43,752 nucleotides of DNA from NCBI GenBank assembly GCA_048938005.1, contig JBHLMQ010000023.1, positions 1-43,752 on the forward strand, in the 5' to 3' direction. Made by a program: the position numbers and the translations under genes. Source of the stretch: Promethearchaeota archaeon (GTDB lineage: Archaea > Asgardarchaeota > Lokiarchaeia > Sigyniarchaeales > SOKP01). The notes beneath the pieces are model-generated. The model saw only the letters and a program-made list of their open reading frames with translations. It had not been told where the DNA came from and did not search any database. Within the stretch, counting starts at the first letter, position 1, and every line of letters begins with the position of its first letter. Below, one piece after another: positions 20,242-28,271 of the stretch.

Positions 20242-20883
20242 ATAACGACAGATAAAATTATAAATGAATTAATTGAAATGCTTATAGAACATTCAAGAGC
20301 TATGTATTCTATAATGAGTGATATGGGTGTTTTTTATGTAAATTGGGTAGAAAACTCAAAATCTAATAAAGAGATATTAGAAAAAAAAGCAATAAAATTG
20401 AAATTTGACATAGAAAAAGCCACATCGATAAAAAATCAAACAATTAAAGATTTTTCTGAATTAGTAACGTTCGGATCGGGAGATTTGGTTATTTTACTTC
20501 AGAAGATGGATAATTTATCAAATCTAACTTTGAAATTTGTTGATTTATTAATGTACATTGAATTAGGAAAAGTAGATTCCGAAATGAAAAGAATGTATCA
20601 TAAATCAATCAATGAAATTTTAGAAATGGTAAAATTATTAAAGGAATCAATTAAATTATTGCGAGAAAATCCTAATAATATAATTTTTAATATAAATAAG
20701 ATTCATGAGCTTGCCAACTCTACAGATAAGATATTCCATCAATTTTTGCATTATCTATATAAAGATAAAGATGTGGAACTTAGAAATTTATTAATAATTC
20801 GAGATAGTGTTATAACTTTAGAACAATTTGTTGATAAAATTAATCATATAGCAGAGATCCTTAGAGTTTTGCATTATGAATAA
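20242..20883 (+). CDS. DUF47/PhoU-like phosphate transport regulator; probable ATA start at 20242 (track start 20278)
   Basis: Paralog of 33452..34087 (MLIEHSR..YS..SDMGVFY; IHE.....D.I..QFL.YLY; RDS...LEQ..D.I..IA). The in-frame extension ITTDKIINELIE aligns with the paralog's MNKIKEEIIS; GGTGGTGA lies upstream. Confidence 0.75.
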   Translation: MTTDKIINELIEMLIEHSRAMYSIMSDMGVFYVNWVENSKSNKEILEKKAIKLKFDIEKATSIKNQTIKDFSELVTFGSGDLVILLQKMDNLSNLTLKFVDLLMYIELGKVDSEMKRMYHKSINEILEMVKLLKESIKLLRENPNNIIFNINKIHELANSTDKIFHQFLHYLYKDKDVELRNLLIIRDSVITLEQFVDKINHIAEILRVLHYE

Positions 20884-20894
20884 AGATATTATGT

Positions 20895-21437
20895 TTAATA
20901 AACATGAATTTTATCCAAAACAGTATAAATCGTAGTTTTATAAATTTCGTGAAAATCTTGTTGAGGAATAATCTGTTTTATTTTCTCTATAAGACTCTCA
21001 ATTTTTTCTACTTTAATATTAGAAACTCGTTCGAAAATATCATGATCATATTTATGAAGAAAAATAGTAAACTCTATTCTAAGATTAAACTCTTTTACCT
21101 TATCTATAATTTCCTGTAAAAAGTTTAACGTTAAATCATAACTCTTTAAATCTTGAATATCAATAACAAAAAATATTTCTTCCGTATCAGTAATATAGTT
21201 ATTAAAATTTTTTAAAAATTCATTACGATAAGCTTCTTTACCATTAAAATCCCAAATACGAAATTTTATATTATCCTTTTCTAATTTGAAAATATTAGGA
21301 CTTTTAGTATTATTAAAAGAGATAAAGTCAGATAAATTAAATTTACCAATAAAATTTAAGATAATAGATGTTTTACCACTTTTTTCTAAACCTAATACTA
21401 AAATTTTTCTCTTTTTTGATTCAATATTTATAGACAT
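20895..21437 (-). CDS. Small Ras-superfamily GTPase (Arf/Gtr1-RagA-like), degenerate G3
   Basis: G1 GLEKSGKTS, G3 WDFNGKE, FFVID, G4 HKYD. Confidence 0.85.
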   Translation of the reverse strand: MSINIESKKRKILVLGLEKSGKTSIILNFIGKFNLSDFISFNNTKSPNIFKLEKDNIKFRIWDFNGKEAYRNEFLKNFNNYITDTEEIFFVIDIQDLKSYDLTLNFLQEIIDKVKEFNLRIEFTIFLHKYDHDIFERVSNIKVEKIESLIEKIKQIIPQQDFHEIYKTTIYTVLDKIHVY

Positions 21438-21477
21438 AATTGATTTTTAAATATTATAGACGTTAAAGTTCCTTTCG

Positions 21478-21813
21478 TTATTTTAATTTTTCGATATTAT
21501 CTGAATCAATTAATCTTTGAAATTTGTATTTATGTAGCTCAATAACAATTGAGTTAATAGCTGAAATTACTCTGAAAATATTATAGAATTTTATAAAATA
21601 TTTTTTAATACTCCCATTTCGTTTATGAAAGATAATATTTGCTTTTTGTAATTGTTTTAATAGTTGAGATGTATAAGATTGACTAATGTCTAAAGCTTCT
21701 TCGATTTCTTTTGAAGTTTTTTCACCATTTTTTAGAAATTTAATAATTTCTAATTTATATGGATCACTTAATAGTTTTAAAAATTCTGATGTAGCTTCTG
21801 TTAATTCATCCAT
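21478..21813 (-). CDS. ArsR/SmtB family transcriptional regulator
   Basis: wHTH pattern LKLLSDPYKLEII.FL....KTSKEI...LDISQSYTSQLLKQL. Confidence 0.85.
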   Translation of the reverse strand: MDELTEATSEFLKLLSDPYKLEIIKFLKNGEKTSKEIEEALDISQSYTSQLLKQLQKANIIFHKRNGSIKKYFIKFYNIFRVISAINSIVIELHKYKFQRLIDSDNIEKLK

Positions 21814-21933
21814 TCTTATATTTCCCCAAATATCAATTATTCTTTATATCTAAGAAATAAATTCTACAGAGATATAGTCAAACCTTTATCTCTATAAATA
21901 AGATGATTAAATATTTAAATATAACGAATTAAA

Positions 21934-21981
21934 GATATCATGATATCACAAAATAATAATATTTAAATATCATGATATCAC
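21934..21981. promoter_or_regulatory. Tandem palindromic operator sites in the divergent ArsR/Lrp intergenic region
   Basis: GATATCATGATATC perfect palindrome at 21934-21947. ATATCATGATATCAC is repeated at 21935-21949 and 21967-21981 (32-bp period). TATA-like ATATTTAAATAT at 21911 and 21959. Confidence 0.75.
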
Positions 21982-22064
21982 TATATTATAATAAACTAGA
22001 GATAAAAAAGCTTCTAAAAATAATTAGTAATACAAATGAAAAGAAAAGAGGAAATTGATTGATT

Positions 22065-22574
22065 ATGGTTAATGAAGCATTAATTATGGATGATATTGAT
22101 AAAAGAATTGTTCAATTTATTCAAAGAGATCCTACTACAACTCATACACAAATAGCAAAAAAAATCAATAGAAGTCAACCAACTGTAGGAATGAGGATAA
22201 AAAAACTTGAAAAATTAGGAGTATTACAATTTCAAGCTGGCCTAAACCTAAAAAAGACAGATTGTTATTTAGCAAAGGTAAGTTTTCAATCTTCTGATCC
22301 CGATATTATCATACAAACAGTTAAAACCTGTCCATATATGATCCACGGATATAGAGTAAGTGGAATTTCAAATTTTGTTATTATTATTGCTCATTCTAGT
22401 TTAAAAGGCTTAGATCAAATTGTTAATTATCATTTTAGACATAACCCTAACGTAAGGAAAATTAAAATTGAGATAATTATGGATATTATCAATGAATTTG
22501 TCATTCCAGCTGATTTCAGAGTTAGATCATGTAATTGTATTGAAAACAAAAAGAATGAAACATTGAAATCATAA
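22065..22574 (+). CDS. Lrp/AsnC family transcriptional regulator
   Basis: MDDIDKRIV..IQRDP.....QIAKKINRSQPTVGMRIKKLEKLGV HTH plus RAM-like domain; ATG 22065 (alternative TTG 22059). Confidence 0.9.
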   Translation: MVNEALIMDDIDKRIVQFIQRDPTTTHTQIAKKINRSQPTVGMRIKKLEKLGVLQFQAGLNLKKTDCYLAKVSFQSSDPDIIIQTVKTCPYMIHGYRVSGISNFVIIIAHSSLKGLDQIVNYHFRHNPNVRKIKIEIIMDIINEFVIPADFRVRSCNCIENKKNETLKS

Positions 22575-22590
22575 AGAAGAGGGGTCAAAA

Positions 22591-22770
22591 TTGAAAATTT
22601 TTATGGATTTTGATAAATCAAACTCAAAAATCAATATAAACTATTTTATAGAAGATTTTAGAATTCAGATAAAAACACCCTTAAAAAGTGAGGATAATGA
22701 TGAAAATAGCATAATCGTTTTGAATAGGGTGGATTTTTCAAATACAATATTTTTAACTTCTATTAGATAA
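22591..22770 (+). CDS. Small hypothetical protein (59 aa)
   Basis: Not in the ORF track. TTG at 22591 follows GAGGGG; MKIFMDFDKSNSKININYFIEDFRIQIKTPLKSEDNDENSIIVLNRVDFSNTIFLTSIR*. Fills the gap between Lrp and TFB. Confidence 0.6.
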   Translation: MKIFMDFDKSNSKININYFIEDFRIQIKTPLKSEDNDENSIIVLNRVDFSNTIFLTSIR

Positions 22771-22790
22771 TTTGAATTTAAAAATACTAT

Positions 22791-23714
22791 GTGATAAAAA
22801 TGGAGCGTATAAAAACTTTAAAAAACTATGATGGAGACTTTTTAAAGAAAAAACAACTAAAATGTTGTGCAAATCCAAATATTATTTCTTCAAATGAATA
22901 CATAGTTTGTTCTAATTGTGGAACTGTCCAATCAAGGATAATTTCTTATAAGCCCATAAAGAAATTCTTTTTAGATGGAAAAATAACTTATAATCATACG
23001 GAACCTATCCGTTCTCTAATTGGCCCTCGCACAATTATTAAAGGTAATCTAGATGGAAAAGGAAATTATTTATCTCCAAAAGCGTTAACAAACTATAAGA
23101 GATTATCTAAAATAAATACAGGATTAGTAAATGGTTTTGAAAGGAATTTATGGATTGCTTTGCCAAAATTAAATTTTGCTAAATCCTATTTTAATCTCCC
23201 AAATTATATTATCGAAGATACTCTTAAGATTTATATTTCCGCTGCCAAAAAAAAATTAACACTTGGAAGAACAATTAATGGAATTCTTAGTGTTTCCCTT
23301 TATTTTGCCCTAAAATTCCATGGTAAACCAATAATTATTAAAGAATTACTTACTGCTTTTCAAATTTCTAAAAAAAAATTTATTTATTGTTATAAAGCAG
23401 TTATTAATAGCATTATTCCAAATTTGAATATGAGGATATATAATTTTACTCCTCAAGAATATATAAATAAATTTTACGAGGAATTAGATTTATCTATTAA
23501 TTGTCGGAATATAGCCATGAAATTGGTTGAAGATAGCAAAAATAGAGGATTAAAAATTTCAGGTAAGGATCCTAAAGGAATTGCTGCAGCATCTCTGTAT
23601 ATTTCTTCAAAAGAAAATGATGAATTCCGAACACAAAAACAAATATGTAAAATAGCTAATGTGTCTGAACTTACTTTAAGAACGAGACTAAAAGAAATAA
23701 GTACTTTAATTTAA
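22791..23714 (+). CDS. tfb: Transcription initiation factor IIB (TFB) family, divergent paralog
   Basis: Zn ribbon CC..N.......IVCSNCG, ERNL..A, LGR, SGKDPKGIAAASLYI, RTQKQIC.IANVSELTLRTRLKEI. Confidence 0.9.
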   Translation: MIKMERIKTLKNYDGDFLKKKQLKCCANPNIISSNEYIVCSNCGTVQSRIISYKPIKKFFLDGKITYNHTEPIRSLIGPRTIIKGNLDGKGNYLSPKALTNYKRLSKINTGLVNGFERNLWIALPKLNFAKSYFNLPNYIIEDTLKIYISAAKKKLTLGRTINGILSVSLYFALKFHGKPIIIKELLTAFQISKKKFIYCYKAVINSIIPNLNMRIYNFTPQEYINKFYEELDLSINCRNIAMKLVEDSKNRGLKISGKDPKGIAAASLYISSKENDEFRTQKQICKIANVSELTLRTRLKEISTLI

Positions 23715-23777
23715 TTACTTTTAGTTTTCAAATTTTGTTAAGAATAAAGCAAAAAATAAAAAAGATTTAATCTTTTT

Positions 23778-24260
23778 TTATCTCACTACTAAAATATCAC
23801 AGGGGATGTGTCTTAGAACTTTTTCTGCAACAGATCCTAATAATATTTCTTCTAAAAGTGAATGAACTCCTTTACTCCCAATTACCACAAGATCAATATC
23901 TTCTTCTTTCACTGTTTTTTTAATGTAAGATACAGGATGATCGTCATAAACTAAACGTGGTTCAACCTTTATTCCCTCGTTATTGAAAATTTCAGTTGTT
24001 CTATCCATAATGGCTTGTGCATTCTTTTCATAAACAATTTTTATTCGTTCTAAATCTGGATCTGAAATGCTATATATATGATTCATACCAACTGTAAATG
24101 AAGGTCCCATAAATGGGCTATTACCAGGTATTGTATGATGTTCTACGGAATGAAATACAATTATTTCACATTTATTTAATTTAAAAAGTTCAATTACTTT
24201 CAAGATTGCTTTATATGAATGTTCTGATCCATCAATTCCAATTAAAATTTTCTTATAAAT
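23778..24260 (-). CDS. Universal stress protein (UspA family); probable ATT start at 24260
   Basis: In-frame upstream extension IYKKILIGIDGSEHSYKA is the canonical USP N-terminus; also DLVVIGSKG, LLGSVAEKVLRHIPCDILVVR. GAGGTGA lies 6 nt upstream of the ATT. Confidence 0.9.
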   Translation of the reverse strand: MYKKILIGIDGSEHSYKAILKVIELFKLNKCEIIVFHSVEHHTIPGNSPFMGPSFTVGMNHIYSISDPDLERIKIVYEKNAQAIMDRTTEIFNNEGIKVEPRLVYDDHPVSYIKKTVKEEDIDLVVIGSKGVHSLLEEILLGSVAEKVLRHIPCDILVVR

Positions 24261-24469
24261 ATTAAATCACCTCATTGAAACTTTATTGTAAAAACTATTA
24301 ATCACTTATTAAAACATAATGTCTATAATTTGAAGGTAAAAATATTGCATATTTTAAAAATTAACTAAAAAAGAGATTTAAAATTAACAAGTAAAAACCA
24401 TAAAATTTAAACTAAAAATTAAGATTAAAATTAAAAATAAAAAATTTATTTTTTTAGATTATTCAGAAA

Positions 24470-25375
24470 TTACTTATCTATTTTGAAGTCCTTAATATGT
24501 TTAAATCTTCCTCCTAATATATTTACCATATCAGAAGGAACAACAATCCATGCCCCTCTTTCTTTCATGGATTCGTAAAGAATGTTCATCGCTCTTAAAT
24601 TTAATGCCACTTCATCACTCTCATAAATATTAGCTGCGTTAATAAATTTATTTGCAATTTGTTCCTCAGAGCCAGCAAGTATAACCCTTGCTTGGCGTTC
24701 TCTTTCAGCCTGTGCTTGTCGACTCATTGCATCTTGTAATGCTGTAGGAATTACAACATCCCTAATTTCCACAGAAATTGATTTGACACCCCATTCTTCA
24801 GTTCTCTCATCGATTATTCTTTCAAGATCATGCGAAATTTCTTCTCTACCTGCTAGCATTTGACTCAATTCTGTTTTTCCAATTATGTCTCGTAATGAAG
24901 TTTGAGCTGCCCAAGAAATTGCAGTTCTATAATCTTGAACACGAAGCGAAGCTTTGTAGGAATCTACAACTTTCCAAAACAATACTGCATCAACATTAAC
25001 AGGTACATTATCTTTTGTTAAAGTTTGTTCAGCAGAAAACGTCGTTGTGATTATTCTTATATCGAGAGAAAATGGAATTTGATAAAAAAATGGAAAAAGC
25101 CACATAATACCAGGTCCTCTCATTTTTTTAAACTTTCCTAATAATAATGTAGGTATTCTAATCCATTCGGGGATAATGTATAATCCCATAAATATAAATC
25201 CAATAAAAATCATAGAACTAAGGCCAATAATTAACAAAATAATAAATGAGATCTCAAAAAAATTCATAGCAATTAAAAGACTTATTAATATAATAATTCC
25301 AAAAATGAATAGGAAATATCCTATTCCTCGTATTACACTACCACCAATTAAATTTATTTTATTATATAATGACAT
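24470..25375 (-). CDS. SPFH/band 7 (stomatin-like) membrane protein
   Basis: GPG, LTKDNVPVNVDAV, AQTSLRDIIG, WGVK..SVEIRDV, AMSRQAQAERERQA; two N-terminal TM helices. Confidence 0.92.
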   Translation of the reverse strand: MSLYNKINLIGGSVIRGIGYFLFIFGIIILISLLIAMNFFEISFIILLIIGLSSMIFIGFIFMGLYIIPEWIRIPTLLLGKFKKMRGPGIMWLFPFFYQIPFSLDIRIITTTFSAEQTLTKDNVPVNVDAVLFWKVVDSYKASLRVQDYRTAISWAAQTSLRDIIGKTELSQMLAGREEISHDLERIIDERTEEWGVKSISVEIRDVVIPTALQDAMSRQAQAERERQARVILAGSEEQIANKFINAANIYESDEVALNLRAMNILYESMKERGAWIVVPSDMVNILGGRFKHIKDFKIDK

Positions 25376-25566
25376 TTTTATCAAATATTAAATATTGAAC
25401 TCTTATCAGATAATTATCTTTATAAACATAGGTATAAAATTTCATAAGAAAGAAGATTAAGATTTTATTTTGCCAAGAAATAATTTTATTAAATCCTAAT
25501 TGAAAACTCTAAAAATATTTAAGAAATTAATTCTAAGTACTCTAATGATTTGTGTGTGAAATATAG

Positions 25567-26310
25567 TTATAAAACGTCATTATTTCTATTCCTATAAGAA
25601 CACATCCAAATGAAATTTTCAATAATCTTTTCTCCTACCGTCCTCGTTTTTTCTGCTATCCTCTCATTAAATAAACTTGGATGAAAATAATAAGGATTAT
25701 GAGTCTCAGGATGAAATTGAAGGGCAAAAATAGGTTTTTGCATATGTTTCATATACTGTATCATTTCATAACCTAATGTTTTGGAAGTACTAAGAATTTT
25801 AAAATTTTTTTGAATTTTACAATCATTAGGAGATACAAAGTCAAGGTGATGAACATTCACAGGGATATTTTTTTGAGTTATTAACTCGTCTGTTTCTTTA
25901 AGTAAAATAAAAATTATCTTTCCATCTAATCCAAAAAGCCTCATCCTACTTATTTGAGCCTCATACGCATAAGCAACTAGATGAAATCCAAAGCATAATG
26001 CAAGGATTGGTATTTGATTAATTTGCTGAATTAAATCTAATTGAGATTTGAATTTTTTTTTTAATCTCTCTTCATAATAAAAACTAGAGACATTTAATTC
26101 TGAGCCAGAGAGTATAATCCCATCATAAAGTTCTATCATTTCTGTTTTAAATTGAGTAAAATGGATAGTTTTTAACTCTACATCAGCTATACAGTTATTT
26201 ATAATAGTTTCTATTCGTGTTATTCTATCTGTGGGAAGACCTCGAGAATAATTATCTATAAGGAGTATTTGGTTTTTTTTTTCCACTTCTAAGGAATTTT
26301 TTTCATTCAT
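25567..26310 (-). CDS. Class I glutamine amidotransferase-like protein (possible gamma-glutamyl hydrolase)
   Basis: LLIDNY, DGIILSGS, PILALCFGFH (nucleophile Cys), QFHPE (His-Glu). Confidence 0.85.
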   Translation of the reverse strand: MNEKNSLEVEKKNQILLIDNYSRGLPTDRITRIETIINNCIADVELKTIHFTQFKTEMIELYDGIILSGSELNVSSFYYEERLKKKFKSQLDLIQQINQIPILALCFGFHLVAYAYEAQISRMRLFGLDGKIIFILLKETDELITQKNIPVNVHHLDFVSPNDCKIQKNFKILSTSKTLGYEMIQYMKHMQKPIFALQFHPETHNPYYFHPSLFNERIAEKTRTVGEKIIENFIWMCSYRNRNNDVL

Positions 26311-26327
26311 TAATATCCACCTATAAT

Positions 26328-26702
26328 CTATATGTAATTTTTAATTAGAATCTCAGAGGGGTAATACGTATAAGCTTCTGCTTCTCGTCCATCTTGTAAA
26401 TTAACATTTACTGTAATTCTATGATATAACTTTCCCTCACCTTCAATCATATCAATCTGATTAATGAGAGATTCTCCAACACCATAATATATTTCTCCTT
26501 CAACACTAGATTTATTGTCCTTAATGATTAATGGAAACCCCAATGATGGAGGCTCCAACTTTTTATAATTTAATAAAGTAGCTTTCTCATATTTCAACCC
26601 TCTTAGGATAAAATTTCGGCTTTGACCATGCTGTAATGTACCATAGACAAAAATTCTATTACATTTAACATTTTTATAATTTTGTTGTTTCATTTTATTC
26701 AT
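26328..26702 (-). CDS. Gamma-glutamylcyclotransferase (GGCT/AIG2-like)
   Basis: IFVYGTL, VEGEIY, IDMIEG..LYHR, AYTY. Confidence 0.9.
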   Translation of the reverse strand: MNKMKQQNYKNVKCNRIFVYGTLQHGQSRNFILRGLKYEKATLLNYKKLEPPSLGFPLIIKDNKSSVEGEIYYGVGESLINQIDMIEGEGKLYHRITVNVNLQDGREAEAYTYYPSEILIKNYI

Positions 26703-26719
26703 ATTTTTAGTATTATTAA

Positions 26720-28183
26720 TTAGAAGAAAAAATCTCCAAACAATCTATCAATTAATGACTCTGATTCAGATTGTCCTCTTAATATACGATCATTTTCCCT
26801 TAGTGGTATTCTAAGATTTTGTACAACAAGATTATTAACAACTCGTATCCCATTGAAATTAGTAACCATACCATCAATATCATCATAGGAAAAATCATAT
26901 TTTGCTTCTAAAGTTCCTCGAACTTGTGTACCGGCAGTAATTTTATACCGATTTCCTCTCCGATCAGACACAATTCTGGGTTCTACTAATTCCATAAGAA
27001 CATATGTTTTTCCTTGTTGTCTTAATTTTTCTATTTTTCTTGTTTGAAATTCAATATTGAGTTCCTTTTGAGAGTCATCAATTTGAAATTTTCTTTCAGG
27101 TAAATTTTTAATATTAATACCTAAGTAATCTTGAAATTTCTTAGTTTCTTTTATCCATCTTGAAATACTTGTTTCTAATGACTCATTAGCTCCATTAAAT
27201 CTCCTGAAAACTGCTTTAGTCCCATTTGCTATTGCATTTTCTAAATTAGCATTATGATAAGGATCTTGAACAATTTCACCAGTTAATTGAAGCTCGATCG
27301 CGTGAATGGCAGAAGTACAGCAAAGATAAGCTAAATCGAGCAAATCTTCAGTATTATATTGTACGTCAATTACACGGATTTCAATTCGATTTCTCGAGGG
27401 TAATTCATCATTATCATCGCTTATGTTAGTAAACGGACCTCTTGGAGTGATATCTACTAAGCGATCTCCACGAGTATTAGTAATAACCTTTTTAGAAAAT
27501 TCATCTTCTTCAAACCCTATTTTGAGTTTATATCTCATTCGGCCATAATATCGCATGGGGATCAAAGCTGGACGATTTTCAGGAATCTGTATCAATGCAA
27601 ATCCATTCGATTTAAGGACAGTACTGTTGGCACATCGATTACTAGCAATATTATTCCAATTCCCTCTATATACATGCGAATTTGCTGAAATTCCAATTAT
27701 TTCTGGAAGATAGTCCCACAAGTAATTATAAACTACTCTCATCTCTTCAGGAGTCATCAAACCGCCCTTCTTTTGAACAGAAACGTTAATGTGAGTGCCT
27801 GAAATTGGATTTGGGTCACTCTGTATTGGATGTAGACTTTGAGCAAGTATCTTTACTCCAAGTTGTTTCGCCGCTTCAATTAATAATTTCCTTCCTTCTT
27901 TTACTGCTTGTTCCAATGATGTAGGGGGTAGAGGTAAAGTAACATACTCTATTTGTGAAGGTGAAGGTTCGGCATCTAATCCTCGGATCTTAACTTGAAG
28001 TGAATTAAGGAATTTTTGATCTTTTTCAAGAATTTCGGCTGATTTTACCATTATATCATCTGCAACTTTTGCTAACCTTCCATTTTTATTAATAATAAGA
28101 AATTCTTCTTCAATTCCACATAAAACTTGATAATCTTTATAAATTTCTGAATCAAGTTCTTCTCTTTTTTCATGAAATAACAT
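26720..28183 (-). CDS. Glutamate--cysteine ligase-like carboxylate-amine ligase (GCS2/YbdK family) with C-terminal extension
   Basis: GIEEEFLI, EPSPSQIEYVT, SGTHINV, ISANS, RIEIRVID; roughly 120 extra C-terminal residues. Confidence 0.8.
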   Translation of the reverse strand: MLFHEKREELDSEIYKDYQVLCGIEEEFLIINKNGRLAKVADDIMVKSAEILEKDQKFLNSLQVKIRGLDAEPSPSQIEYVTLPLPPTSLEQAVKEGRKLLIEAAKQLGVKILAQSLHPIQSDPNPISGTHINVSVQKKGGLMTPEEMRVVYNYLWDYLPEIIGISANSHVYRGNWNNIASNRCANSTVLKSNGFALIQIPENRPALIPMRYYGRMRYKLKIGFEEDEFSKKVITNTRGDRLVDITPRGPFTNISDDNDELPSRNRIEIRVIDVQYNTEDLLDLAYLCCTSAIHAIELQLTGEIVQDPYHNANLENAIANGTKAVFRRFNGANESLETSISRWIKETKKFQDYLGINIKNLPERKFQIDDSQKELNIEFQTRKIEKLRQQGKTYVLMELVEPRIVSDRRGNRYKITAGTQVRGTLEAKYDFSYDDIDGMVTNFNGIRVVNNLVVQNLRIPLRENDRILRGQSESESLIDRLFGDFFF

Positions 28184-28271
28184 GAAATTTAACGCCTAAT
28201 CATTTAATTAATCTCTAGGTTAATAGAAAGAAATTATTATTATATAATTATTAAACTTTTTTTAAAAAATA

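Noticed and set aside
12021-21119. Antisense ORFs 12021..12287, 14774..14956, 14993..15229, 15395..15805, 18803..19027, 19787..20179 and 20904..21119
   Set aside because: All are nested on the opposite strand of conserved genes; expected from codon bias.
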